Source: Lama guanicoe
Taxonomy: Eukaryota
Length of the DNA stretch: 64,000 bases
Assembly (NCBI GenBank): GCA_013239625.1
Contig: MU053561.1
Location: 1,907,818-1,971,817 of the forward strand
Reading direction: 5' to 3'
The position numbers were made by a program, and so were the translations under genes. Under the pieces are notes generated by a model. That model was not told the DNA's origin and ran no database searches. It saw nothing but the letters and a program-made list of their open reading frames with translations. Of this stretch, positions 34,906-48,103 are shown piece by piece (positions within the stretch are counted from its first letter, which is position 1; every line of letters starts with the position of its first letter).

Positions 34906-37639
34906 GAATGGTTTCATTGCTTGAGCAAATTAACACCACCCCATTACCTGATGTGCAGCTATAGATCTAGAAAATTCCTTTGTCTCCACATCTCCCCTTA
35001 AAGCCCACCAGAAGAAGTTTATTTTCAGCTGGCAAGGCCAGCAGTACACCCTCACTGTGCTCCCTCAGGGGTATACCAGCTCTACAGCTCTGTGTCATAA
35101 TTTAGTTTGCAGGGATCTTAATTATCTTTCCCTGCCACAAGATATCACACTGGTCCATTATATTGATGACATTACGTTGATTGGACCTAATGAGCAAGAA
35201 GTAGTAATGACCCTAGATTTATTGGTGAAACATTTGTGTGTCAGAGTGTGGGAAATAAATCTGACCAAAATTTAGGGGTATTTCTACTTCAGTGGAATTT
35301 CTAGGCATTTTGGTGGTGTGGGGCATGCTGAGATATACCTTCTGAAGTAAAGGATAAGTTGTTACAGCTGGCCCTATCTACGACTCAGAAAGAGGCACGA
35401 TGCCTAGAGGGCCTCTTTTGGAGGCAACATAGTCCTCACTTGGGTGTGTTACTTTGGTCCATTTACCATGTGATTTGAAAAGCTGCTAGTTTTGAGTAGG
35501 GCCCAGAACCGGAAAAGGTGCTACAACAGGTTCAGCCTGCTTTGCAAGCTGCTCTGCCACTTAGGCTGCGTTGTCCAGCAGATCCAGTGATGCTTAATGT
35601 GGCCCTGGTAGAGAGAGATGCTGTTTGGAGTCTTTGGCTGGTCCCTGTAGATGAATTGCAGCACAGGCCTTTGGGCTTTTAGAGCAAGGCCCAGAGATCC
35701 TCTTTGGATAACTAATCCCCTTTTGAGAAGCAGCTCTTGACCTGCCACACCTTAGTAGATACTGAACATTTAACCATGGGCCACCCAGTTACTATGTGAC
35801 CTGTCTTGCCCATCATGAACTGAGTGTTATTTAACCCACCAAACCGTAAAGTTAGACATGCACAACAACACTCCATCATCAAGTGGGAGTGGCACATACA
35901 CGGTCGGTCCCAAGCAGGTCCTGAAGGCATAAGTAAGTTACATGAAGACGTGGCTCAAATGCGCACAGTCCCTACTCCTGCTACACTGCCTTCTGTCTCC
36001 CAGCCTGCATCTGTGGCCTCATGGGGAGTTTCCTACAGTCAATTAATGGAGGAAGAAAAGACTTGGGCCTGTTTTCAGACGGTTCTGCATTATGTGCGTG
36101 CACTGCCCAAAAGTGGACAGCTGCAACACTACAGTCCCTTTCTGGGACATCCCAAAAGGACAGTGTTGAGGGGAAATCCTTCCAGTGGGCAGAACTTCAA
36201 GCAACATACCTGGTATTTCACTTTGCTTGGAAGGAAAAGTAGACATATGCACAAATATATTGCTGATCCATGGGCTGTAGCAAATAGCTTGGCTGGATGG
36301 TCAGGAACTTGGAAGGGATGTGATGGAAAATTGGTGACAAAGAAATTTGGGGAGGAGGTATATGGTTAGACTTCTCTGAATAGGCAAAAAGCATGAAGAT
36401 ATTTGTGTCCCATGTGAATGCTTACCAAAACAGAGGACAATTTTAATAATCAAGTGAATAGGATGATCTGTTTTGCGGATATCAGTCAACTTCTTTCCCC
36501 ATTCATCCCTGTCATCACCCAATGGGATCATTAACAAAGTGACAATAGTGCCAGAGAGGGAAGTTTCCATAGACCAGCTACACGGACTTCCACTCATCAA
36601 GATTAATCTGCTCAGTCTGCCAGCAGCAGAGACCAATACTGAGCTCCCAATGAGGCATCATCCCCAGGGTGATCAGCCAGCTACTGCTTCTGTCATGGAA
36701 GAGGCAGTGTTTTGTCCTTACTGGAATATACATTTATTTAGAATATGAATTTGCCTTCTCTGTATGCGATGTTTCTGCCAAAACTATCATCCATGAACTT
36801 ACAGAATGTCTTACATACCATCATGGTATTCCACATGGCATTGCTTCTGACCAAGGAACTCACTTCACAGCAAAAGAAATGTGACAATGGACCCATGCTC
36901 ATGGAATTTACTGGTCTTAACCATGTTCTCTACCACCCTGAAGCAGCTGGCTTGACGGAACAGTGAAATGGCCTTTGGAAGACTCAGTTATATTTCCAGT
37001 TAGGTGGCAGTACCTTGCAAAGCTAGGGCAAAGTTCCCCAGGAGGCCATCTAGGCTGTGAATTTTTGCTTCCCATTCCTGCAACTTTATGGTCTCCTGGA
37101 CTAGAGGTCTTAGTGCCAGGAGTAGGAATGCTTCCACCAGGAGACACAACAATGATTCCATTGAACTGGAAGTTGAGACAGCCACTGGCTACTTTGGGCT
37201 CCTCATGCAACTGAGTCAACAGACAAAGGGAGATATGGTGTTGGCTGGGATGCTTGATCCTGAATACCAAGGGGAACCTGAGCTACTCTCTCACAAGGGT
37301 GGAAAGGAACAGTTTGTCTAGAATAAGAAGATTCCTTAGGGCATCTCATAGTGTTACCATTCCCTGTGATTAAAGTCAATGGAAAACTACAACCCAATCC
37401 AGGTAGGACTAGTAATGGCCCAGACCCTTCAGGAATGAAGGTTTGAGTCACCTCACCAGGTAAAGCACCAGCTGAAGTGCTTGCTGAAGGCAAAGGGAAT
37501 CCAGAATGAGTAGTGGAGGAAGGTGGTAACAAATACCAGTGATGATCATGTGGCCAGTTATAGAAATGAGGGTCGTAGTTGTCATAAGCATTTCCTCCTT
37601 ATTCTTTATGAATGTATTTGTGTGCATAGGCATAATGTA

Positions 37640-37803
37640 TCTGTGTAATCAACCTGCCACCAAGTAGTTGGCTGATCACCCTGGGGATGATGCCTTATCA
37701 GGTCCTCAGTGTTGGTCTCTGTTGCTGGCATATCGGACAGTGGTGGCCATAGCCAGACTGCCAGATTGGCCTTGGCCTTGGGGAGTGGAAGTTCATGTTG
37801 TTG
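37640..37803 (-). mobile_element. Inverted ERV-L integrase fragment
   Basis: The antisense reads QQHELPLPKAKANL...PQGDQPTTWWQVDY, homologous to the sense copy at ~36575-36685. Confidence 0.85.
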
Positions 37804-37804
37804 G

Positions 37805-37839
37805 TATATATATATACATACACAAACATATATACATAT

Positions 37840-37890
<51 letters not shown>

Positions 37891-37904
37891 TAGATATAGA
37901 GATA

Positions 37905-37947
<43 letters not shown>

Positions 37948-37972
37948 ATATCTATATATCTATATATATATA
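37805..37972. repeat. Compound (TA)n/(CA)n/(TATC)n microsatellite
   Basis: Directly visible. Confidence 0.95.
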
Positions 37973-37973
37973 G

Positions 37974-38513
37974 TGAGTGCCTGGCATTAAGCTCTTGATT
38001 ACGGAGCTATCCATTTCAAAGACATCCATCCTGAATAAACCTACTGGCAGCTGTGTGACTCAGCTACTAGCAAAGCAACTAGGTAAGGACCAGGCTGCCC
38101 CCACCAGTGACATGCCCTAGTCCCTACTCCTTTGCTTTAAATTCACTGACACAGAATGAATTTGCACAACTTTCATCACTCTACCCTCAGACCGTAATAA
38201 AAGGCAGAGCACCAAGTCTACACTTCTTCCCTCTCTCTCTCCCCTTAAACTCGCTGTGAGGCCGTTAGGCGTGCCACATACCCTCTAGGATCTGCGAGTA
38301 ATAAATCTTGTTCTTCAAAGTTCCATGATAGTTTCTTGTTGAGGTGTATCCGGTGATCATAAGAACCATAAGGGCTGGCCCAGTCACAGCACGGGCCTTG
38401 GTGAGGGGTGGAGTGAATGTCTGTGGGGCTTCTTCTGAGTATATGCTGCCCGGGTGAGAGCCTCAGGCATTCTTAGCCAAGAATATCAATAGGCTGGGGC
38501 CAAAACAACTCAA
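37974..38513 (+). mobile_element. ERVL LTR (MER54/73/74/88-like) plus a short internal stub, nested in the ERV-L
   Basis: LTR layout with TATA-like AATAAAAG (~38196), a CT-rich R region, AATAAA (~38300) and a probable end AAGGGCTGGCCCAGTCACAGCA (38391). Family assignment is from memory and uncertain. Confidence 0.6.
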
Positions 38514-38514
38514 A

Positions 38515-38529
38515 AGATAGACAGATAAG

Positions 38530-38560
<31 letters not shown>
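38515..38560. repeat. (TAGA)n microsatellite
   Basis: Directly visible. Confidence 0.95.
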
Positions 38561-38858
38561 TCTTTGTTTTCTTTCCTCTTATTACCTTATCCTATAACAT
38601 AAGATGTATTGACTTTAATCACTGTATTTAAGTATTGTTAATTTTATATCATCGTATTTAAGTTACAGGATATGAAGGAGAGTAAATGTCATTCAAGAAC
38701 TTTACCTCCCCTTCTGGAGGAGTTAGTGTGTTTTCGGTTGTATGCAGGATAGTAGTATCACGTTGGGTGAAATTATGACCTGTTACTGTTTTTACATGTA
38801 GATTTGTTGTTTAATTTAAGGAGGTAAGTATGGGTGCCAAGTTGACAAGAGGTGGGCT

Positions 38859-39486
38859 TGTGATGGCTAACTTTATGTGCCAATTTGAGAGGGCCATGGA
38901 GTGCCAGATTAAACATTGTTTCTGTTCTGTCTGTGAGGGAGTTTCTGGATAAGACTGATAAGCATTTAAATCCATTGGACTCAGTACCTTACCCTCCTGA
39001 ATGCAGGTGAGCACCACTGAATCTGCTGAGGGTTTGAACAAAAGGCAGAGGGAGGGAGAATTTGCCCCTTTGTTCCTGCCTCACTGTCAAGCTGGGACAT
39101 CTCCTTTCAACTTCTCCTGTCCTCAGACTAGAATTTACACCATCAGTTCCCCTGGTTCTCAGGCCTGCAGACTCAGACTGAACTACATCACTAACTTTCC
39201 TGGGTCTCTGGCTTGCAGATGGCAGATCATGGGAACTTCTCGGGCTCAAACTCCTCATAATAAATCTATCTATCATATACGAATCTCCATATATATATAT
39301 ATATATATAAAATATATATATATATATAAATGTATATATTATATATATATAAATGTATATATAAAATCTCTCTCTCTCCTCTACTTCCTTCCTCTCTCCC
39401 TCCCTCCATAACTATATAGTTGCATACATAGGTTATATCCAGTAAGATATATGGTTCTGTTTCTCCGGAGAACCCTGACTAATGCA
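38859..39486 (+). mobile_element. MLT2 3' LTR of the ERV-L (with internal TA microsatellite)
   Basis: Starts TGTGATGGCTAACTTTATGTG and ends GGTTCTGTTTCTCCGGAGAACCCTGACTAATGCA. Confidence 0.93.
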
Positions 39487-40749
39487 GGATACTAGTAGCC
39501 ATAATTCTGGAAGCAGATATCTCTTAAATGGCTTTTTAATCATTTCAATTGATTATTTAGAACATTTTCTTAAGGACAAGATGAAATCAACAAGCATTGC
39601 TGTGTGATGTTTGCTCTGTGACAGTGCTTTGCACATTTGGATTACGCAGCATTTGTGTGTCCCACAGCACCATGCACGAATTAGTTTTCCATCCCCATTT
39701 GAGTTTCTCTCAAATTGCAACAGCTGTTGTGTCAGCTCTTCTCTGGTTCCAAAGCACCCCAGGCTCCTTCCTCCCAGATGAGACCGTCACCATCTACTTT
39801 ACATTCAAATGACAATGTTCCCTTCATTCCTCTCCCAGTCTTCTCTCCAGCCCACTAGGAAGCTGTGTTCTTCCTTCTCTCCAGTGCTAACTCCCCATGT
39901 GTTCTTGATCTCCCCCACTTCTGTTTTCTCCTGCTCTCTTAGTTTTCCCTTTTCAACTTCTTTCTAATACTTTCTGCCTTCAGTTCATGTACATTGTCAT
40001 ATGGCCTTAATCCTATAACCATCCAATTTTCACCCAGTCTATTACCTCCCTTGGCCCCTTCACGTATAGAAATGGAAATGGCTTTTCATTTTTATTAGAC
40101 TTTGGGTAACTTGACATGTCTTCTTGGTTTCCTTAACCCTGCCCCCCACCCCTGGAAGTGGTCCATTCGTTACAATACCTTTCATTTGAAACTCTGAGTG
40201 AAATTGTCCCTTCTGCTAGGACCCTGTCTGGCACAATGGCTGGGGACTTCGGATGAATTTCTCTTCAGAGTTACTCTGAGCGCCACACTCTTAACCTGCA
40301 AAATGCACATAATTTTATAGAATTCTTATTAGGGTTAAATGAAAAGAGACAATTAAGAAAGTAGCTCAATAAATTTTAATGATGATTATTATGACTTATA
40401 TGCTATATCCTACCTTTTCTACTGAAATTACACTTTCAAAGGTCACTATTCACCCAATCCATTGATATGCCTACTTAGGTGGGAAGCAATTTAGGGAGTT
40501 ATTGAAAAAATATAAGTGAGAAAATGAGGACCTGAATTTGTGAAATCAAAGAGAAGTGGTTTCAAGAACAGAAGGATATTATATCCAATGAAATGCTAGT
40601 GTTGAATACTTCACAGAGTTTACGTTATGAGTCCAGTCACACCTATTGGGTACAGGAGCTCCATGTAGACCCACACTGTAGCCTTCTCTGGCCATGCAGG
40701 CATGATGGCCTCGTCCTTGCCAACCCCACCTGGAATTGCTGCTTTTTCT

Positions 40750-41269
40750 TTTTATTTTTTTAAAGATAGTTTTATTTTATGACTGATATACAATAAATTG
40801 CACCTATATAAAATGTGCCTTTTCATAGGTTTTAAAAAATGTTTTAATTGTAGTAAATACACATAACCATTTTAACCATTTAACCATTTATAAGTATACT
40901 GTTAAGTAGTGTTACGTATATTCACACTGGTGAGCAACCACTCTCCGGAACTCTTTGCATCTTATAAAATTGAAACTCTGTACCCATCAAACAACAACTC
41001 CCATGTCTTAGTCCATTCAAGCTACTATTACAGGAGCACCATAAACTGGGTGGGTGGCTTACATATAAAACATTTATTTCTTACACTTCTGGAGGCTGGG
41101 AAGTCCTAGATCAGGGTGCAGGCAGATTCCATGTCTGGCAAGAGCCCATTTTTGGGGTTATAGAGAGCTGTCTTCTCACTGTGTCTTCACATGATGGAAG
41201 GGGAGAGAATGTGTTGTAGCATGTGTAAGAATTTCCTTCTTTTTTAAGGCTGAATACTATTCCACTGTA

Positions 41270-41319
<50 letters not shown>

Positions 41320-41365
41320 TTTATCCATGCGTTTGTCTGTGAATACTTGAGTTGCTTTCAACTTC
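40750..41365 (-). mobile_element. L1MB-like 3' end with a nested MaLR (MLT1A/B-like, ~41004-41210) and (TA)n at 41273-41317
   Basis: L1 motifs AAAATTGAAACTCTGTACCCATCAAACAACAACTCCC and TTTAAGGCTGAATACTATTCC. MaLR motif ATTTATTTCTTACACTTCTGGAGGCTGGGAAGTCC. Confidence 0.8.
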
Positions 41366-44300
41366 TGAAGAGAGTTTGAGCTAGCACACATTTGCCTCAG
41401 TCCTTAAGTCTAGACTGACCTCTGTCAACAAAACGTGACACATACCAGCCAACAGAAGTTTGTTAAGAATTGGCCAAAATACTGTGTTCATCTCTTCCTG
41501 CCTACTTACTGTGCCCATTTGCTGTGTCTTAGGAAGTGGGTCAGTCCTCAGTGATTTTGAAACCTTTGGTCAGGACAAGTCTCACCATCTTCAGCATGAT
41601 AGTATTGACCTCAGGAAACCTCTCTGAGAGCATTCTCACCTTAACTCTTGCTCTTCCACACCAATTTCTTTGAAGTCTGACAACAGCTCAGAACCGGTAG
41701 GTACTTCTCAGATTAATCCCCCTGTCTACTGAGAGTTGGCAGGCTCTGTTACATTTCAGAATTAGAATGCTACTTTTTTGAGTCAAAGTGATATACGTCT
41801 TAGTACATTTCTTTTTAATTAATAGTGACTTGGGGTATTTATGTCTCTCTGGAGGAATCCTTCCCATCAAGGGCTGTTACGATTCACTTAGGAAAGCAAA
41901 AAATTGATGTTGCTTATAAATGTTTGAAAAGAAGCCACCTCATGCTCCAGGGTAGGAAGTCACAGACTTGCCATGTGGATGATCTATTTGAAGGCTCTTG
42001 GTTTTGAGATAAATATATATCCAGTTTAGCATCAGCGTGTGCAGCATTTGCATGCGTGTCACTAGGTGAGACAATGTGTAAGCTCATCTCTGCAGAACCC
42101 CACTGGCCACTCCCTGCTGGGCCAATGGAGTGTCACGTGGTCACCTCAAACAAGCCAAGTTGGTTTTGATTTTTAGTTCTCTACTTCTTTGTGGCTTACA
42201 CCATACCACAAGAATCTAAATTCTAAATTCTATGATAACAGAAACTTATATAATGCCAAACATGAGAGCACATTTTGTATTTCCCTGGCCTAAGTTTAGT
42301 TTGGGTACCTAGCAATTTTGAGTTGCATGACTAAACCACTTGTCCTGCTGTGAACCCATCCCTTATAGCCCAGAGTGTGGGCGGAGGAGACACAGATGTC
42401 CTGGAGGAAGCAGGGACTTTTTACAAATAGAGAGACACAAGAGGAAGAACTGTGCAAGTCCCCTCAAGAGAATTCAACTGGACAGAAGGGCCTGGAAATG
42501 CCTACGCCTGCCATTACTGAGAGGTTAGGGCATGAAAAATGAAATTTTGCTCTAACTTTCTGAAGGACTTGATTTAGAAAGCTTCGAAAAGCACAGAAGT
42601 GACTTAACTGGGGCCAAGAACTCAACCCAAGAGGGGTCTGACATACAAAGAATGTTGTGAGGCCACTTATCCCCTCCTGCAGCTGGCTCTGATGTCGCTG
42701 GAAAGGCAGTCTCCTCCCTAAAGACTTCCATTCCCCACATATCCCATCTTCATAAAATGTTCCAATATTTGTAGAGTATACCATGGCTTTCCCATTGCAT
42801 AATTATTTGCTTTCCACTCTGTCTCCTTGGATGAGAGTCATTCCCTTTTTACAAAGGATCTGTGGACAAACTGGGTCCAGGCTTGTCTGCTCCCTTCTTG
42901 AGTAGGTGTGTCTTAATCTCTCAGTTCCTGGTCTGACAAGCACGTTAGGAAGCCAAAGGAAAAATAAACCATCAACTCTACCTGGGTGCGCTGACTGGCA
43001 AAAGAGAACGAGGTAGGGTGCCCCGCCTCCACGAGCCAAGAGCTGATCAAGTTTAAATCTCATTTAAACTTCTATTTGTTTCTGGAAAGCCTGGGCATTA
43101 TAAACACTTGCAAGAGGTCATGGTTCTGGTTTTATAACCATAAATGAGAATGTATTTAGGGTCACGGTCCACAGCATGGTTCTGGTGGAAAGAGGTCCTG
43201 GAAATACAGATAAAAGTCTATGCCCAAGAGGCCTGTTTCTCTCAGCTCTGAAGTTAATAGGGCTGTTGCTTTGACCCACTAACATTACTTTGTATAGGTT
43301 ACTTGCTCAAAATATTAAATAATCAGAACAAAATTTTCCTCTAGCACTGTTCAAAGTTTGTATTAACTGGCCTCTGATTGGTGCCAATAAGCTTAATTAA
43401 CTCCACAGATTTGAAATCAACTCTATGAGACAAAAGCATCATCTCTTATATTTTTTAAAAATGGGCACCCTTCTTTAGATTATTAGCTTGTCTGACAGTC
43501 AAAAAAGTTTCATGCAAGTTTACTCTTTAAACAAATTATAGCTCTTGGTTTATCAATCTGATGTTTTATAAGAGAGATAGAATCTGTTAAAAATTATATA
43601 AGACTGTTTTCAGGCCACCATCAACTATTACCTTGAACTCTACAATAATTCTAGTCTCCACACAGCAACCAGAGTTGATTTTTCTGAAATTCACATCTGG
43701 TTATGTCATTCTTCCTCTTGAAATCACTCAGTGTTTCCCACTGCCCTCAGGATAAAGTCCAAACTCCTTAACATGGACTCACAGAAGAGGAACCGGACCA
43801 GTTTAGCCAAATACCATGTGGCCTACTCATAAGTTTCAAGTGAATAAAACATTATGTAGGCCACACACTCCAAACACGGAGGAGGGGATTCACTTATTTA
43901 CTGGGTGGTAGGAATCCAAGAGAAGGAAGAAGCATCATTCCCTCTGATCCTCATTCCCTCTCCCACAGTTTCAGGGCAGGATGCTTTCAAGATCCTCTCC
44001 CTGCACATGAGTGTGGCTGACTGCAGATGGTGCGCTGATGACTCTTTCCAGGTGATGCTTTAGCTACAAGGTGCCCAAATGTCCATCCCAGGAGAATTAG
44101 GGAAGTAAGGTTGAGTCAGGGCATAATCCAAATAGGATGAGTGTTACACCAAAGAGCCAAGAGCCTGGTCTGTGTCCAGGCCTCAGACTTGCATTATGTT
44201 TCCCCTATTTCTGTTGTCCTCAAGCAGGGCTAGGTCTTTCTGGACATCCTCCTGTAAGGCTGTACCCTCACAAGTGGGGTTTTATCTCTCATTGGATTAT

Positions 44301-44994
44301 TTCCTCCCAAGATCCAGCCAAGTCATCAGGGGTCTAATTAGGACTCAATTATTAGGAAATCGGACTTAGTAATTAGGTCCTTCTGGCTAGGTATTATTAA
44401 CCCACATAAGGTTATCTCTGGTTTATTGTATATTTTGTACCAAAACATATTTATCTTCTGATCCTAAATATGGTCAGAATGACTTTTATAACATTTTCCC
44501 TATTTTGCTTAAGCTAGCTTGAGTTAAGTTTCTGTCAATTATAACCAGAGTCCTGACAGACTGTAGTTTTGTAAAGCAATTTATGGACGCCGGCTCACTG
44601 CCACAGAAGGTACATAGATACATATTCTCCTTTGTACTGGCCTCTGCAGACAATTGGATCTTTTATCTAACTGTTGCCAGAAAACAACAGCTATTTTAAA
44701 ATTAAGATCATTGTTTTGATCTCCAAAGGGTCTCCAAATACGAAATGGTTCATCCTGCAGGAAACATGCCATTGATATGTTTTAATTAATTGCCTTAGCA
44801 CATCATTTGCTATTATTTCATCCTAATGGCTTTGCTGGAAAGGTACGCTGTCTCCAACTAGTCCTTCTTCTGAAGTGTTTTTGAGATTTTTCTGTATCTC
44901 TCTCTTGGCCAGCTCTATAAAAGCTACCATGCCTATCTTTCACCATTGAAGTCTTAGCTTCTTTATTTTGTGCAAAAGAACGTGACCTTCTAAG

Positions 44995-45190
44995 GCTATG
45001 ACTCTCAGAATTTTGGCCTGCATCAGAATCACTAGAAAGGCTTAGTCAGCTACAGATTGCTGAGCTTGCTGCTCCTGAGATTCTGACTCAGGAGCTACGG
45101 CACAGGGCCCAAGAATCTGCATTTCTAACAAGTTTCAGGTGATGCGATCAGGTGATCTGAGGCTGCTCATCTGGGGATCACACTTCACTA
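44995..45190. mobile_element. MER5A-type hAT MITE
   Basis: GCATCAGAATCAC...TTCTGACTCAG...GGGCCCAAGAATCTGCATTTCTAACAAGTTTCAGGTGATGC. Confidence 0.8.
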
Positions 45191-48103
45191 TCACAGACTA
45201 ACTGAGTTCAAGCAGACCCTTGATGGACACAGTCTGTCTTCTGCTTGACTCTTCATTAAGACCTTGCTGGGAGGACTCTCAGTCAACTGTGCAGCATATC
45301 CACTCTGCTAGCTCAGAGGTCCCCAATTCAAATGCAAGCCGGCCAGGAAGATAACCTGAAGGAGGGCAAGGTGGTGAGTGGGGAGCTAGAAGAAGAGGGA
45401 TATGCAGATATGAGGGATGTCCAGTAGTGTGTAAATGGAGAACAGAAGCGTGTGCCCCATCTGAAAGAACATCACTCCACAGCATGAGAGTTGAGATCAC
45501 AGACCCCAGAGCAGGCTCCACCACTTACTAGTTACATGACAAGGTTAGGCAAGTTACCTAACCTCCCTGTGCCTCAGTTTACCTGTCTATAACATCTGGA
45601 TAATAACAGAACCTACCTCATAGGATCGTTGGGAGGATTAGATAAATTAACACCTGTAAATCATTTAGGAGAAAAGGTAATAAGTACTTATAAATATTAT
45701 AATAACAGCAAATGCTTATATAACACTATTTCCCTGGCACTAGTTAAAAAACAGTACACTTATTAATTTGTTTGGTCTTTACGTAAACATAATTACTAGC
45801 TTCATCTAACCAACGAGTGAACTGAGACACAAAGAAATTAAGAAATAGGCCCAAGTTCACACGACTAGAAAGTGGTGGCACTGGACTGCAAACCTAAGCA
45901 GGCTGGCTCCAGAGTCCCCCTTGCACCACCACACACTGTCGCACAAAGCATTGCTTTTGCTCTGTAAGGGTTACCAGCCATTGAACTCTGGCCAGTTGGT
46001 ATCATATAGAATATGAATTCATTCTTTCTTTGTTTTTTTAATTTCCCTTAAGAGGAACTAGAAATCTACATTTGTGTGTATGTTGTTTTAGCACGCTCAA
46101 TTAAAAAAAATCACTTCATGGGTCAAAGAGAACACCGCTCTGGGCCACTTTTGGCCTGCAGGCCATGCACTTAACAAGCTGTGCATCCACCCTGGAGGTG
46201 AGGAGAGGGCGGTGGGGTGGCTCGTTATGCTGGTGGACCTGGGGCAGGACTGGATCTCCTGCATGCTGGGTGCTGTGCCTGGTTGTGGCAGGCGACGTAC
46301 TTCCTGGCACTTCATAGCACGCTGCTCCTTCCACTGCTCCTCTTTGCGCAGGTAGCCTCCCAGCTCTTCGCTTTCTTTTCTCTCATGCTTTCTCAGACCA
46401 AGACCATAGAAGAGCTTCACTTGCTTACGTTACCCAGTACTTCTTCCCTGAAACACTGATCCTTCCCTCCTTAGGATGGAGCATTATTTCTATACATGCC
46501 ATTAAACCCATCATTTGTCACTTAAAAATTACTTCTGAGTCTGAGGTCTTTTTATGTAAGAGCAGCAGCCTCCCTAAATTTCTGGTACTTGAAACTGGAA
46601 GTTCTGGATAACGCAGTTACTTAATGCCAGGCACACCTGAGGAGTAAGACCACGAAAACAGATAAATCCATCTTCCAGCACAAGAGCTGTGCCTGGCTAG
46701 AGCTATTGCTCTCATATCTGGCCTGTTCAGTTGGAAACACAAGAGTTAGATATGTGTCATGATGACATAATATTATTTTCCCAAAATAAACAGAGGTTTT
46801 TTTGTTCCAGCTGGATCGTATTCGTGGTTTTTTGATTTTGCTCTTGGTCAGCCCCCAGCCCCCAGCCCCCAGGAGGATCTTCTTGTAAGGCCAAGAAAGG
46901 CTTTTCCATGCACTGACCTGGCTGAGATAACTGGTCATGACCGTAAGAGCACCAGTCAGTTACATGGTGGAGGGTGAAGGGGCCTCTCACAGAAGAGGTG
47001 TGAACAATCAGCCCTGACTTTGGTATCTGACCCTGAAGCAAAGTTCTCAGCATATGCTGAGTTACGCAACTTTTTTTTTTTGTAAGTTTCCATGGTTAGA
47101 CATGTGCAATTTCGTTTATAAATTTCAGCCTTACTCCTACATGCGGAATTACTGCCACATTCAAGAGTTGCATTTCAGTCTATAAAATATCTACGCTGCC
47201 TTTCTGTGCGTTTAAGGACGTCAGCTAAAGTCCTCCCTGTAGAAGAACACTTCTACACGTTCGTGACAGGAAATGTGTGCCTTTCGCGTCATTTTAAATC
47301 TTCAGAGCCAAATTCTAAGTACCTGTGTCAAAGAAGAGTTTAAAGGCATTTGTTGTTGTGGAAGGGTTCACTGTCATTGAGAGAGGAAGACCAAAAGGGA
47401 AGTAAGAAGACTTGGGAAAGGGGGAGGGAAACTGCTTTTATGGTCTTGGAAAAATCTAGAAATGAAGTACTGGCTTTGAAAATCGCAGCCGCTGCTGGTT
47501 TTTATTTCATTCTTATTTATAATAATCACTTGGTTCTAGGTACCCTACCATAGAACATATATTTACAGCTTATTAATTTTCACAAGTTACTATAATGTAA
47601 TCACATTTTACACAAGGTCACAGGCACAAATACATCAATTATTTAATTTATTCCTGGGTTAGTGTACACATGGGTGTTCAAGTTAGAGTGAAGACTCAGA
47701 ATGTAGTTGAAGAGACTGGCCACATCTTGCTGCGGTAATCCTGATCCAGGTCTGCTTCTCCAGGTCCACAGCTCAAGCTTTTTAGTTCACGCCAAGGTGG
47801 CTGAACTTAAGGGGACTGTTGTCAAACAATTCACAAGAAAGCAGACGCCAATGTATAGATTTCCAGCTAGAAACAGAATCCAAGTGTCCATCTTAGCAGA
47901 GTCTCTCCTCTGTTGGAAAGTCTACACGGAAAGCCAAGTTATTATCAGCAAGTGACTTGGTGGAATGGAATTCCAGGCCAGGGAGTGAGCCTGAGAACCC
48001 GAATGCCTGCTGCATCCATCTCCCCAGGAGGCTGAGTGCTGGAAATGTGTGGCAGAGGCAGCTTCTGTCCCCTCTTTCTCTAGGCTTTGTGCTGTCTCTA
48101 GAC

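Larger units (their letters stand above)
34905..38858 (+). mobile_element. ERV-L internal region, 5'-truncated: RT, RNase H, integrase, dUTPase, 3' non-coding (decayed)
   Basis: RT LPQGY...LVHYIDD (35057-35275). RNase H FSDGSA...SFQWAEL (36021-36242). IN HGIPHGIASDQGTHFTAKE (36669-36884). dUTPase AGMLDPEYQGE (37088-37321) lies downstream of IN, the ERV-L hallmark. PPT-like AAGAGGTGGG precedes the LTR. Confidence 0.95.

Noticed and set aside
35824..36369. 181-aa ORF as a functional or domesticated pol gene
   Set aside because: It drifts out of the pol frame (RNase H motifs are in another frame), and the surrounding pol has many stops and frameshifts.
37606..37990. ORFs with CV/HT/YLSI repeats
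   Set aside because: Microsatellite translation plus the inverted integrase fragment.
43830..44340. Possible very old LTR
   Set aside because: LTR-like texture, but I could not define termini or a family.
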